Source: a virus
Taxonomy: Duplodnaviria; Caudoviricetes
IMG/VR virus record: IMGVR_UViG_3300002158_000009
Location: 1 to 31,457 of that record
Length of the DNA: 31,457 nucleotides
Strand: one strand, 5' to 3'
Shown here one piece after another: positions 7,452-17,004 of this stretch (position 1 is its first letter; each line of letters begins with the position of its first letter). The notes beneath the pieces were generated by a model that worked only from the letters and a program-made list of their open reading frames with translations, searched no databases and had not been told where the DNA came from. A program made the translations under genes and the position numbers.

Positions 7452-7789
7452 AGACGGTTGGGGCCGCAGCAAATGGGAGCGGTCAGACTGAATGGACGGA
7501 GCAGGAGAAGGCCTTGATTGCAGCGGGGCAGCAGCGCATCAAGTCCTCCATGCCCGAGGTCTACAAGACGATCCAGCGGCATGCAGAGAAGGACGCCCGG
7601 GTGTGGCGGCTGGTGCGGATGGGGCTGGCTGGCCGGCCTGGCTGCTTCTGGGCGACAGAGGCGGGGCAGGTGGCAGGTACGCCCTTCACCAAGCTGAGCC
7701 GGACTGTCGAGGTCTCGCGCCTCATCTCGCGGATGGGCTGTGCACACGTCTGCATCATCGCCGGCCATGGTGATCTGGGGGCGAATTGA
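7445..7789 (+). CDS. Phage hypothetical protein (114 aa)
   Basis: Start trimmed to MNKTVG; contains FWATEAGQVAGTPF; stop overlaps the next gene's ATG. Confidence 0.7.
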   Translation: MNKTVGAAANGSGQTEWTEQEKALIAAGQQRIKSSMPEVYKTIQRHAEKDARVWRLVRMGLAGRPGCFWATEAGQVAGTPFTKLSRTVEVSRLISRMGCAHVCIIAGHGDLGAN

Positions 7790-8223
7790 TGGCACGCATC
7801 GAGCACATCAAGCGCAAGCTGGACAACTGGGCGTTGTGGAAATCCCGGCTCAACAGCAGTGGCCTGGGTTTCCATTCGGTCAACGTGCTGGCCGTCGATG
7901 TATGGGGCCGCAACAGCTACGGCGGTTGCCAGATTCCACACATCGACCAGGAGGCCGAGGAGGTGGATAAGGCGGTGCAGGAAATGGAGCAGTCAAAGCG
8001 TCACCTCTATGCAACGGTTTACGACTACTACCTGCTGGACCTGGGTGTGTCGGAGATTGCCCGCAACATGGGGAAGGGGCCGAGCACCATCCATGCCCAA
8101 CTTGGCCAGGCCGACCAGTTCATTGACTGTTGGCTGCAGGAGCAGCAGCGCATCAGGGAAGAGCGCGAGGCGCTGGCCCGTGGCCGTGAGTACATGCGGC
8201 GCGCGGGGAGTTTTCCACCATAG
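7789..8223 (+). CDS. Q-like late antiterminator/activator (144 aa)
   Basis: IKRKLDNWALW N-terminus; C-terminal HTH VSEIARNMGKGPSTIHAQL; last early gene before a promoter/terminator. Confidence 0.7.
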   Translation: MARIEHIKRKLDNWALWKSRLNSSGLGFHSVNVLAVDVWGRNSYGGCQIPHIDQEAEEVDKAVQEMEQSKRHLYATVYDYYLLDLGVSEIARNMGKGPSTIHAQLGQADQFIDCWLQEQQRIREEREALARGREYMRRAGSFPP

Positions 8224-8239
8224 AGACTTGGGCTACATT
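8211..8239 (+). promoter_or_regulatory. Possible late (pR'-like) promoter
   Basis: TACATT at 8234-8239 just after the Q-like gene with a terminator about 50 nt downstream; weak -35. Confidence 0.35.
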
Positions 8240-8284
8240 TGCGGCAAGCTAGTGCTCAGTGCCCCTAACCGCTGATCACTTGCC

Positions 8285-8323
8285 AGCCCCGCCCGGTGCA
8301 AACCCGGCGGGGCTTTTCTTTTT
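8285..8323 (+). terminator. Intrinsic terminator (tR'-like)
   Basis: agccccgcc...ggcggggct stem followed by a T tract. Confidence 0.75.
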
Positions 8324-8606
8324 GTCCCCCTCGGCGCATCTATGACTCCAGCCGGGGCCGTCCCTGAGTGGGGTGATGGGGCGGGCACCCCTGCTTGAGC
8401 TGTCGCGGTGCTGGAGCACAGAGAACGGCATTTCCCCTGTGGCATTGGCCATAAGTCCGAAGGGGCGACCTACACATGGGCTCGGCATCGCCGGGCCATT
8501 CCTGCTTCTGGAGGTTCTATGAAGGTTCCAAATGATTTAGGCGATGTCATGGCGCCCAGTTACGTCCAAGCGTGGCAGTGGACGGCCGACGCCTTTTGGC
8601 CGCCGT

Positions 8607-8876
8607 CTAATCCTTTGGCAAATGATGCCGGGCAATCCTCTCGAACTCTTTCCAGCGGTTCTGAAAATGGTCCAGCGCTGTGCCTGCAACATTCGCCGGA
8701 AGGTGATCAAAGCACGTCGCTTGCGCATCGAGAAGTGCTTGCGGAAGCGCGGGGTTTAGTGCCGCGACAGTGTTTGTGAGGATATCGATGATTGCCTGGG
8801 ATGCCAGCGATTGACCGCGGAGAGCGTCAATTTGGTGTTGCAGGATAAGAATTTTCTCTTCAAGCGAAGCTGCCAT
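8607..8876 (-). CDS. Small helical accessory protein, antisense to the late operon (89 aa)
   Basis: AGGAGG RBS; MAASLEEKILILQHQIDALRGQ coiled-coil pattern; own TACGAT element at 8915-8920. Confidence 0.7.
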   Translation of the reverse strand: MAASLEEKILILQHQIDALRGQSLASQAIIDILTNTVAALNPALPQALLDAQATCFDHLPANVAGTALDHFQNRWKEFERIARHHLPKD

Positions 8877-8989
8877 TTTTCGCCCTCCTGGCGATGGGTT
8901 GTGTGGAAGCTCCCATCGTATGTCAGGAGGGCACATCATTTCGTCGGCTGACTCGTCAGCGCCGGAACCGTAACCGGCTTTATGTCAGC

Positions 8990-9018
8990 CCCATCAAGCC
9001 AGTCTTGATGGGTTTTTT
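8990..9018 (+). terminator. Intrinsic terminator
   Basis: cccatcaag-ccagt-cttgatggg-tttttt. Confidence 0.7.
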
Positions 9019-9039
9019 GTTTGCCCCCTCGGAGCACCT

Positions 9040-9498
9040 ATGACGCCGGAAACCCGCCGAGCCATCAGCCGCCTGGAGCACGACGAACGCCGGGGATCGT
9101 CCGCATCGCGTGGCTACGGAGCTGCATGGCGGGCGGCCCGGGACCAGTTCCTGCGCGACAACCCGCTGTGCGTCGAGCATGGCAAGCGCGGCGAGCAGAT
9201 CCCGGCCCAGGTCGTGGATCACATCGTCGCGCCGCGTCTGGCTGAAGCCCGGGAATCTGGAGACCCGGAGCGCATGGGCGAAGCGCAGCGGCTTTTCTGG
9301 AGTCGGTCGAACTGGCAGCCGCTGTGCAAGCTGTGCCACGCCTCGGACAAGCAGCGCCTTGAGAAGTCCGGGCGTGTCGCCGGCTGCGGGCCTGATGGTC
9401 GCCCGCTTGACCCGCGTCACCCGTGGAATCGGCCCGCCGCAGCGACGATTTCGGCGTTTTTGGCCCGATCCGGCCCAAAACTGGCTCCGAGGGGGTAG
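9040..9498 (+). CDS. Terminase-associated HNH endonuclease (HK97 gp74-like)
   Basis: RGYGAAWRAAR, PLCVEH, VVDHIVAP, NWQPLCKLCH; directly upstream of terS. Confidence 0.9.
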   Translation: MTPETRRAISRLEHDERRGSSASRGYGAAWRAARDQFLRDNPLCVEHGKRGEQIPAQVVDHIVAPRLAEARESGDPERMGEAQRLFWSRSNWQPLCKLCHASDKQRLEKSGRVAGCGPDGRPLDPRHPWNRPAAATISAFLARSGPKLAPRG

Positions 9499-9595
9499 GG
9501 GGTGAAAAACTTTCGCCCTTTTTAGTAAGAGACCGACCTGTTCTCTCCGTACGCAAAATGCGGGAAATATGGGGAGGGGGGGTATACGACAGGAG
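9490..9595. other. Probable cos packaging region
   Basis: G-tract-flanked interval between HNH and terS, the usual cos position in HK97-like phages; exact cut site not determined. Confidence 0.5.
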
Positions 9596-9603
9596 GCACC
9601 TCA

Positions 9604-10128
9604 ATGGCTGGAAATGCCAATTCCGGGCGCAGTGCAAAACCGCCGTTCCTGCATCTGGCGGGGGGCAACCCCGGAAAAAAGGATGCGGCTGCACTGCTGC
9701 GCGAGCAGGAGTCCAACACGGTTTCCGCCAGTGAGCCCGACATGCCCGAAGTGCTCACGCCTGAAGCCAGCGAAGAGTGGCGGCGCGTGATGCCCGACTT
9801 GCTGCTGCTGGGCTGGGTGCACCGTATCGATGTCATGGCGCTTTCGTCCTACTGCGAAGCCGTGGCGGACTGGCGGCGCTTTCGCGCGCTGATCGTCAAG
9901 AAGAATGCAGAGCAGGCGGAGAGCGGCGATGTGCAGACCTATGCGACGGGCGCCAAGCAAATCAGCGTATGGCGGCAGCTCGCCAACGATGCCGAAAAGC
10001 GTGCGAACGCTGCTGGCGCACTGTTCGGAATGTCGCCCCTGGCGCGACGAAACATGAAGGCCCAAGCGGCGCCGCAAGGGGAGTTGTTCGGTAATGACGA
10101 AAAGGACGCTGCCGCTCGCTACTTCTGA
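9604..10128 (+). CDS. terS: Terminase small subunit, P27 family
   Basis: GNPGKK, EEWRRVMPDL, ALSSYCEA, FGMSPLARR; AGGAGG RBS. Confidence 0.92.
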   Translation: MAGNANSGRSAKPPFLHLAGGNPGKKDAAALLREQESNTVSASEPDMPEVLTPEASEEWRRVMPDLLLLGWVHRIDVMALSSYCEAVADWRRFRALIVKKNAEQAESGDVQTYATGAKQISVWRQLANDAEKRANAAGALFGMSPLARRNMKAQAAPQGELFGNDEKDAAARYF

Positions 10129-11893
10129 CTGCCGGGTGCGTAAGTTCGCCCGCCGCGTGCTGCAGGGGCGCATCATTGCGGGACCGTATGTGCGGGCCGC
10201 GTGCAAGCGCCATCTGCAGGACCTGAAGCAGGGGCATAAGCGTGGTCTGGTGTGGGATCAGGCGGCAGCAGATCGAGCCATCGGCTTTTTTGAGGATGTG
10301 CTCAAGCTCAACGGCGGCGAATACGAAGGCAGGCCTTTCCTGCTGGCCCTGTGGCAGGCGTTCATCGTTGGCAGTCTGTACGGGTGGTATACGGCGGACG
10401 GCTACCGGCGCTTCCGCGTTGTCTACATCGAGACCGGCAAGGGGTCGGGCAAAAGCCCGCTTGTCGCTGGAATCGGGCTGTACGGCCTGACGGCCGACAA
10501 AGAGCAGCGCGCCGAGATCTACGCTGCCGCGACAAAGAAGGACCAGGCGCAGATCTTGTTCCGCGATGCTGTGGCGATGGTCAACCAGTCGCCGCATTTG
10601 CAATCGCGCTTGGTGCAGTCGGGCCGTGATGAGAAGGTTTGGAACCTCTTCTATGCGGAGACGAACAGTTTCTTCAAATGCATCTCTGCAGATGAAGGGC
10701 AGTCCGGCCCGCGTCCCCATGTCGGGCTGATCGATGAGGTGCATGAGCACAAGACGGCGACGGTGATTGACATGATGGTGGCCGGCATGAAGAGTCGCCG
10801 CCGTGCCATGGTGGTGATGATCACCAACAGCGGCAGTGACAAGACGACGCCGTGCGGCCAGTACCACGACTACGGTGCAGACGTGTGCACTGGGCGTGCA
10901 CAGGATGACCATTTCTTTGGCTTCATCTGCTCGCTGGATAAGGGCGATGACCCGTTCAAAGACGAACGGTGCTGGCCGAAGGTCAACCCGTCGCTGCGGT
11001 TTCGCCTGGCAGGGCAGCGCGAGGGCATCCCCGGCTATCAGTATCTGCGTGCCCAGGTGCAGAACGCGCGAGGCATGCCGGCGAAGTTGTCCAAGGTCTT
11101 GCGCCTCAATTTCTGTGTATGGACGCAGGCCGAATCGCCTTGGCTCGACTGGGAGATATGGGCGGCGGCAGAGGGGAAGGTGCCGCTGCAGCTGCTGCGA
11201 CATCGCAAGGCGGTGGGCGCGCTGGACCTGTCCAGTACGACCGACCTGACGGCATTCGTTCTGCTGTTCTTTCCGACGCTGGAAGATCCCTACTGGCGGC
11301 TGATGCCGTATTTCTGGATTCCGGATCACGACCTGGACGAGCGGGAGAAGCGCGACAAGGTGCCCTATCGGCAGTGGATTGCCGAGCGCTGGCTGGAGAC
11401 AACGCCGGGCCGAGCGGTGAGCCGGTTGTTTGTGCTGCGGCGCCTGCAGGCCATCAGCGCCTATTTCACGGGGCTGGAGCGCATCGCGTTCGACCGCTGG
11501 CGAATAGAGGATGTCATCCAACTTATGGCCGAGCACGGGATAACACTGCCGCCCCTGATTGGCTTCGGCCAGGGGTATGAGTCTTTCGGGCCGGCCGTCG
11601 ATGAGTTTGAACGCCGGCTGCTGGGTGCGCCGGTGGATTCGGGAAGCTCAGACGAGCCGGCCGAGCCGCTTGCCGAAGTGGAGCAACTGCGCCATGACGG
11701 CAACCCGGTGCTGACATGGAACGCCGCCAATGCGGTGTTGACCCATGACCCGGCGAATAACCGCAAGGTGGACAAAGCCAAGTCCGTGGGCCGGATTGAC
11801 GGCGTTGTGGCCTCAATCATGGCCTGTGGCATCAGCGGCAAGGGTCGCAAGTTGGGCGGCCCGTCCGTCTATGACAAGGGGATAAAGATATGA
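10094..11893 (+). CDS. terL: Terminase large subunit
   Basis: Walker A GKGSGKS, Walker B LIDEVHEH, nuclease LDLSSTTDLTA, RIDGVVA. Confidence 0.97.
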   Translation: MTKRTLPLATSDCRVRKFARRVLQGRIIAGPYVRAACKRHLQDLKQGHKRGLVWDQAAADRAIGFFEDVLKLNGGEYEGRPFLLALWQAFIVGSLYGWYTADGYRRFRVVYIETGKGSGKSPLVAGIGLYGLTADKEQRAEIYAAATKKDQAQILFRDAVAMVNQSPHLQSRLVQSGRDEKVWNLFYAETNSFFKCISADEGQSGPRPHVGLIDEVHEHKTATVIDMMVAGMKSRRRAMVVMITNSGSDKTTPCGQYHDYGADVCTGRAQDDHFFGFICSLDKGDDPFKDERCWPKVNPSLRFRLAGQREGIPGYQYLRAQVQNARGMPAKLSKVLRLNFCVWTQAESPWLDWEIWAAAEGKVPLQLLRHRKAVGALDLSSTTDLTAFVLLFFPTLEDPYWRLMPYFWIPDHDLDEREKRDKVPYRQWIAERWLETTPGRAVSRLFVLRRLQAISAYFTGLERIAFDRWRIEDVIQLMAEHGITLPPLIGFGQGYESFGPAVDEFERRLLGAPVDSGSSDEPAEPLAEVEQLRHDGNPVLTWNAANAVLTHDPANNRKVDKAKSVGRIDGVVASIMACGISGKGRKLGGPSVYDKGIKI

Positions 11894-12105
11894 AGTTTCA
11901 GCTGCCGAGTTTTCGGATGGCACTGGTGCTGCTGTCGCTGCTGTGCGGCCTGCTGGGCTTCGGCTTGGTGGTGGCGGGCATCTGGCGAATGCACCCCCCA
12001 TCGGCCATGGTGGTGGCAGGCGTGGCCCTGGTTGCCTACGCTTGGCGCGTTGACCGCGCCGCATCTGGCTTGGCTGCGCTGGCGGCCGCACGCGGGGAGG
12101 GGTAA
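11890..12105 (+). CDS. Small two-TM protein between terminase and portal
   Basis: Two hydrophobic helices; ATGA overlap; position common in HK97-like phages. Confidence 0.75.
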   Translation: MKFQLPSFRMALVLLSLLCGLLGFGLVVAGIWRMHPPSAMVVAGVALVAYAWRVDRAASGLAALAAARGEG

Positions 12106-12108
12106 GAC

Positions 12109-13383
12109 ATGTTCTTTTCTTCCTTGGTTGGCGCCAATGAGGGCCTGGTGTCTAACGGCTCCAGCGGCTTTTGGCGTGGACTGATCGGGGCCGCTCGCAG
12201 CAGCTCCGGCATGCGCGTGACGCCAGAATCTGCGCTGGCCCTGCCGATCATTCAGAACTGCGTCACGTTGCTGGCAGAAAGTCTCGCGCAGCTGCCGCTT
12301 GAACTTTATGAGCGCAAGGAGGGCGGGCAACGCGAGCCGGCGAGCAGCCATCCGCTGTATCAGGTGCTGCGCTACAGGCCCAACCCGTTCCAGACACCGT
12401 ATGACCGGGTGGAGCTGTCGCAGATGTCCGCAGGCCTGCGCGGCAATTCGTACACGTTCATTGAGCGTGGGCGGGACGGCCAGGTGGCGCAGCTGTGGCC
12501 CCTGGATACGGCAAAGGTGACGGTGCTCAAGGGGCCTGACATGCTGCCGTATTACCAGGTGGCTGGCGTGTCCGATCCTCTGCCTATGCGCCTGGTCCAT
12601 CACGTTCGATGGCATTCCCACAATGGCTATGTCGGGCTGTCCCCCATTGAGCTGCACGCCGACTCCATTGGCCTCGCCCAAGCGGTGCGCCAGTACACCG
12701 GCAAGTCGTTTGCCAATGGTGTCACGCTGTCAGGGGTGATCGAGCGGCCGAAGGAAGTGGCCGCGATCAAGGAGCAGGGGACCATTGACTCCATCGTGAA
12801 CCAGTGGGGCAGCAAATTCAGCGGCGTGGACAACGCCAGGAAAGTGGCGCTGCTGCAGGAGGGCATGACGTTCAAGCCGGTGTCCATGAGCAATGTGGAC
12901 GCGGACGTGGCGGCCATCCTCAAGCTGTCGGGCGTGGATGCCGCGCGCATCTACAAGGTGCCGCTGCCCATGGTCAACGACCTGGACAAGGCCAACTACA
13001 ACACGATTGAGCAGCTGCTGATTCACTTCGTGGTATTCGCACTGTTGCCCTGGGCCAAGCGGCATGAGCAGGCCATGATGCGCGACTTTCTGCTGGACGA
13101 TGAGCGGCCGCGCTACTTCATCGAATTCAACCTGTCGGGCCTCATGCGGGGCGATCAGAAGAGCCGCTATGAGGCCTATGCCATCGGGCGGCAATGGGGC
13201 TGGCTCTCTGTCAACGACATCCGGCGCCTGGAGAACCTGCCGCCCGTGGCCGGGGGCGATACCTACCTGCAGCCGCTCAACATGGTTGCGGCGGGTGCTG
13301 CGGCGCCCGATCCGAAGAATCCCGCAGTGCGGGCACAGCTGGAGATCCAGCGGCAAGAAATCGAAAGGCTCCTGACCCAATGA
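12109..13383 (+). CDS. Portal protein, HK97 family
   Basis: CVTLLAESLAQLPL, HPLYQVLRYRPNPFQT, GLSPI, WLSVNDIRRLENLPP. Confidence 0.96.
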   Translation: MFFSSLVGANEGLVSNGSSGFWRGLIGAARSSSGMRVTPESALALPIIQNCVTLLAESLAQLPLELYERKEGGQREPASSHPLYQVLRYRPNPFQTPYDRVELSQMSAGLRGNSYTFIERGRDGQVAQLWPLDTAKVTVLKGPDMLPYYQVAGVSDPLPMRLVHHVRWHSHNGYVGLSPIELHADSIGLAQAVRQYTGKSFANGVTLSGVIERPKEVAAIKEQGTIDSIVNQWGSKFSGVDNARKVALLQEGMTFKPVSMSNVDADVAAILKLSGVDAARIYKVPLPMVNDLDKANYNTIEQLLIHFVVFALLPWAKRHEQAMMRDFLLDDERPRYFIEFNLSGLMRGDQKSRYEAYAIGRQWGWLSVNDIRRLENLPPVAGGDTYLQPLNMVAAGAAAPDPKNPAVRAQLEIQRQEIERLLTQ

Positions 13384-14333
13384 AAAGCTATCTTCGCGCA
13401 GCGGGCCTGCTGTTCAATCAGCCGCTGCTCACTACCCCGGATGCCATGGATATGGCGGTGCGCTGGGCCAATCAGGTGATGAGCCTGAACATCATCAACA
13501 TGGCTCCGGTGGCCGAGCCCCGCATGTGGCACGACGATGACGACTATGAGTCGCGCATTGCCCGCGAGGAAGAACGGCGCCGGGCCAACCTGCAGGCCAC
13601 GGGCGTGCAGGTGATCCCGGTCCATGGGCTGCTGGTCAGCCGTGCGGCGCACCTCAATGTCTGCGAAACCATGACCAGCTACGAGGATCTGCGCAGCCAG
13701 CTGCGCCAGGCGGTGGCTGATCCCCTGGTCGAGCGCATCGTGCTGGACATCGACAGCCCGGGGGGAGCGGCCACCGGAGCATTCGAGCTGGCGGCGGATC
13801 TGCGGTCCATGGCTTTGCAAAAGCAAATCATCGGCCTGGTCAATTTCTCGGCCTATAGCGGGGGCTACCTGATCGGCGCGGCCTGCACCGAACTGGTGGT
13901 AAGCCGAACCAGCGGCGTGGGCAGCATCGGTGTGATCGCCAAGCACATGGACCGCTCGGCCATGCTGGAGCGCGAAGGCATCAAGGTCACGACCGTATAT
14001 GCCGGCGCGCATAAAAACGACCTGTCGCCGCATGAGCCGCTGACAGAACAGTCCATGAAGTTCCTGCAGGAGCTGGTCAACGAAGGCTATGACATGTTCG
14101 TGAATGCCGTGGCCGAGTACCGGGGCCTGAGCGCCTCTGTGGTGCGCGCCACCGAGGCCGGTCTTTACCGTGGCCAGGCAGCTATCGCCGCCGGCTTGGC
14201 CGACCGGCTGCAGACCCCCACCGATGCCCTGGACGGTATCACCCGCGCCGTGGCCGAAAGCCGCGCTAATCGCCCCGCGCCTGGCCGGCTGGCTGTGCGT
14301 GCTGCTGCAGCCCATCTGCAAGCCCAGATCTGA
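13380..14333 (+). CDS. Prohead protease, S49 (SppA-like) family (317 aa)
   Basis: IVLDIDSPGG, AYSGGYLIG, GVGSIGV, YAGAHKND; ATGA overlap with portal. Confidence 0.93.
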   Translation: MKSYLRAAGLLFNQPLLTTPDAMDMAVRWANQVMSLNIINMAPVAEPRMWHDDDDYESRIAREEERRRANLQATGVQVIPVHGLLVSRAAHLNVCETMTSYEDLRSQLRQAVADPLVERIVLDIDSPGGAATGAFELAADLRSMALQKQIIGLVNFSAYSGGYLIGAACTELVVSRTSGVGSIGVIAKHMDRSAMLEREGIKVTTVYAGAHKNDLSPHEPLTEQSMKFLQELVNEGYDMFVNAVAEYRGLSASVVRATEAGLYRGQAAIAAGLADRLQTPTDALDGITRAVAESRANRPAPGRLAVRAAAAHLQAQI

Positions 14334-14355
14334 CCGCGTTCGCGGCAGTTTTCCG

Positions 14356-14377
14356 GCCCGCCTCGGCGGGCTTTTTT
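14356..14377 (+). terminator. Terminator-like hairpin before the capsid gene
   Basis: gcccgcc-tc-ggcgggc-tttttt. Confidence 0.6.
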
Positions 14378-14401
14378 CATTGCTCTTTAGGAAGCAAAAC
14401 C

Positions 14402-15715
14402 ATGTCCCTTGTGACCCAACTGCGTAGCGAACGCGCCCAGCTCAATGAAACGCTGCAGGCCCTCGCAAAGAAGGATGCCTCCGGCGAGCAACTGTCTGCA
14501 GAAGAGCTGCAGCAGTTCACATCGCTGGAAACCCAAATCGGCGAGCTGTCCGCCAAGATTGCACGCGCCGAATCCGCCGAACGCCTCAATGCGGCGGCGG
14601 CGGTGCCCGTCAACGAGAGCGCGCGCGGCATCAACGGCCCGCCTGCCGGCGCCCACGTCTCCGTGACCGACAACGCCCCGCCGGGCGCATCCGTCGCCCA
14701 GGTGGCGCGCCTGCTGGCCGCTGCTGGTGGCAACCAGCAGCATGCGGCCCAGATGGCGCAAGAGGGCGGTTTCGGGCAAGACATCGTGCAGACCCTGAGC
14801 ACGGTCACCCCGGGTGCGGGTGGTGTGCTGATCCCCGCCAACATGGCCGCCTCGGTCATCGAGGCGCTGCGCCCTCGCTCTGTCGTGCGGTCCATGGGGG
14901 CGGTCAGCCTGCCCCTGGTCAACGGCAACATGACGCTGCCGCGCATCAAGGACTCCACGGTGGTGGGCTATATCGGCACCGAAACCGATATCCCGGTGAC
15001 CGACATGACCTTCGCGGACATGAAGCTGCAGGCCAAGAAGATGGGCGCCCTGGTGCCCATCAGCAATGACCTGCTGTCGTTCGCTGGCATCAATCCGCGC
15101 GTGGACAGCATCGTGGCCAATGACCTGCTGATCAGCACCGGCCTGGCCGAGGATCTGCACTACATCCGCTCGGCGGGCAGTGCCCTGCTGCCCAAAGGCC
15201 TGCGCTATTGGGCGCTGCCGGGCAACGTGGTGGACGCGCCCGTCGATCCGGACCTCAAGGCCATCGACCTGTTCCTGGGGGGCCTGATGCTCCGCCTGGA
15301 AGCCGCCAATGCCGCGATGGCCAATTGCGGCTGGCTGATGCATCCGCGCACCATCCGCTGGCTCCAGTCGCTGCGCGACGGCAACGGCAACAAGGCCTAT
15401 CCCGAGATCGACCAGGGCCAACTCAAGGGCTATCGCTTCGGCCTGTCCACGCAGATCCCGGTGAACCTGGGCGCCGGCGGCGATGAGTCGGAAATCTACT
15501 TCGTGGACTTCTCCGATTGCTACATCGGCGAAACGGGGCAGCTGTCCATCGCATACAGCACCGAGGCCTCCTACAAGGACGCGGGCGGAAACATGGTGTC
15601 CGCTTTCCAGCGTGACCAGACCCTGGTGCGTGTGATCGCGCACAACGATTTCGGCGTGCGCCATGTCGAGTCCGTCGCGGTCGGCGCCAAGGTGAAGTGG
15701 GGCGCCGGCATGTGA
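14402..15715 (+). CDS. Major capsid protein, HK97 fold, with N-terminal delta domain
   Basis: Coiled-coil N-terminus, GGVLIP, VPISNDLL, SAFQRDQTLVR, DFGVRH. Confidence 0.96.
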   Translation: MSLVTQLRSERAQLNETLQALAKKDASGEQLSAEELQQFTSLETQIGELSAKIARAESAERLNAAAAVPVNESARGINGPPAGAHVSVTDNAPPGASVAQVARLLAAAGGNQQHAAQMAQEGGFGQDIVQTLSTVTPGAGGVLIPANMAASVIEALRPRSVVRSMGAVSLPLVNGNMTLPRIKDSTVVGYIGTETDIPVTDMTFADMKLQAKKMGALVPISNDLLSFAGINPRVDSIVANDLLISTGLAEDLHYIRSAGSALLPKGLRYWALPGNVVDAPVDPDLKAIDLFLGGLMLRLEAANAAMANCGWLMHPRTIRWLQSLRDGNGNKAYPEIDQGQLKGYRFGLSTQIPVNLGAGGDESEIYFVDFSDCYIGETGQLSIAYSTEASYKDAGGNMVSAFQRDQTLVRVIAHNDFGVRHVESVAVGAKVKWGAGM

Positions 15716-15765
15716 GATGACGCCCCGGCAGGTGCCGGGGCGCAACCAATCGAAAGGACAAGGCG

Positions 15766-16110
15766 ATGAGCAAGCAAGAAGCAGGCAAACAAGAGATCGT
15801 TGCGGTGGTGTTCATGAAGCACTGGCGCGGCTACAACCCGGGTGAAACCGCAGCATTCCCGGCGGACCAGGCGAACCGCCTGGAAGCGGGCGATGTGGCC
15901 GAGAAATCGGGCACGTCCAGCGGTGCAGCAACCAGCGGACGCAGTGCACGGAGTGCGGGGCGCGGCGGCAAGTCCGCAGCGCGTGATCAGGCGCAAACGG
16001 GGGACCCCGAAAGCGGTGGTGACGGCACGCCATCTGTCGCTGCACCTGCTGCTGCCAGCACGGAGGCAGGTGCGGGCGATACGGGCAACCTCAACGCTGA
16101 CCGGCCCTGA
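15766..16110 (+). CDS. Small head-associated protein with low-complexity tail
   Basis: AAAGGA RBS; VVFMKHWRGYNPGETAAF core; position after the capsid gene. Confidence 0.65.
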   Translation: MSKQEAGKQEIVAVVFMKHWRGYNPGETAAFPADQANRLEAGDVAEKSGTSSGAATSGRSARSAGRGGKSAARDQAQTGDPESGGDGTPSVAAPAAASTEAGAGDTGNLNADRP

Positions 16111-16112
16111 CC

Positions 16113-16658
16113 ATGGCCCGGCGCAAGCGTTACGCAGGCGATCCCGTGCTGACTGCCGCCGAGGTCGCGCAATGGTGCCGCGAGCACATCGATGACCTGC
16201 AGCGCTCGCTAGTGGAAAACATCATCGTGCCGGGCGTGACGCAGATGTGCGAGGCGGAAACAGGCGCGGCCATCCGTCCGGCCGAGTACGTCGAAGACTG
16301 GCCGCAAGACCGTTTGGGCAATGTGCTGGATGTCGGCCAAGTGCGGTCCGTCAGCAGCGTGACCGTGCTGCGCGCGGGTGCAGATCCGGTCCCGGTTGAG
16401 GGCTTTGAGCTGGAGATGGACCAGCGTGTCGGCCGTCTCGTTTTCGCGGGCGGCCGACCGCCAGGCCGTCTGCGTATCGAGTACGTGGCCGGGGTCGATC
16501 TTGACGCATACCCATCGGTACGTACCTGGCTGCTGCTGCAGGCGGGGACGCTATATCAGCAGCGGGAAAGCTTGATCGTCGGAGGAACCGTGGCGGATCT
16601 GCCGCTGAAGTTTCTCGGCAGCATGCTTGCCGAAATTACCCTACCGCCACGGTTCTGA
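16113..16658 (+). CDS. Head-tail connector (gp6-like)
   Basis: SVRTWLLLQAGTLYQQRES C-terminal motif; synteny. Confidence 0.85.
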   Translation: MARRKRYAGDPVLTAAEVAQWCREHIDDLQRSLVENIIVPGVTQMCEAETGAAIRPAEYVEDWPQDRLGNVLDVGQVRSVSSVTVLRAGADPVPVEGFELEMDQRVGRLVFAGGRPPGRLRIEYVAGVDLDAYPSVRTWLLLQAGTLYQQRESLIVGGTVADLPLKFLGSMLAEITLPPRF

Positions 16659-16668
16659 AAGGGGTGCG

Positions 16669-16995
16669 ATGCTACGAGCAGGAACCTTGAACAAGCAGAT
16701 ATCCATCCAGCAGCACGGTCAGGGCAAAGACGAGTGGAATACGCCCGCGCCTGGCGCTATCGCATGGGTTGAGGTGGCGAAGGTCTGGGCCAACATCCGG
16801 CACATGTCTGGCAGTGAAACCATCCGTGCCGGCGCCGAAGTGTCCACCGTGCGGGTCTCCATCCGCATTCGCTGGCGCGCAGGCATCAACGCCGGGATGC
16901 GCGTTGTGCATGCCGGCCAGGTCTACGACATCGAGGCTCCACTGCCTGACTCGACCCGTCGCTGGCTCGACCTGGCGTGCAAGCTCATCCAGTGA
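16669..16995 (+). CDS. Head closure protein (SPP1 gp16-like)
   Basis: MLRAGTLNKQISIQ, VWANIR, IRIRWRAGINAGMRV, YDIEA. Confidence 0.9.
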   Translation: MLRAGTLNKQISIQQHGQGKDEWNTPAPGAIAWVEVAKVWANIRHMSGSETIRAGAEVSTVRVSIRIRWRAGINAGMRVVHAGQVYDIEAPLPDSTRRWLDLACKLIQ

Positions 16996-17004
16996 GGTGC
17001 GGCA

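Noticed and set aside
8346-8420. Possible tRNA after the Q-like gene
   Set aside because: A 7-bp closing stem exists, but there is no GTTC T-loop, proper anticodon arm or CCA end
8519-8779. Plus-strand ORF MKVPNDLG with a GGAGG RBS
   Set aside because: Largely antisense to the better-supported 8607-8876 gene; not fully excluded
9040-9498. HNH gene as a homing endonuclease or defence nuclease
   Set aside because: Size, motifs and position beside cos/terS fit the ordinary packaging cofactor
9962-15745. Long antisense ORFs over the terminase, portal, protease and capsid genes
   Set aside because: Codon-bias shadows of clearly identified plus-strand genes
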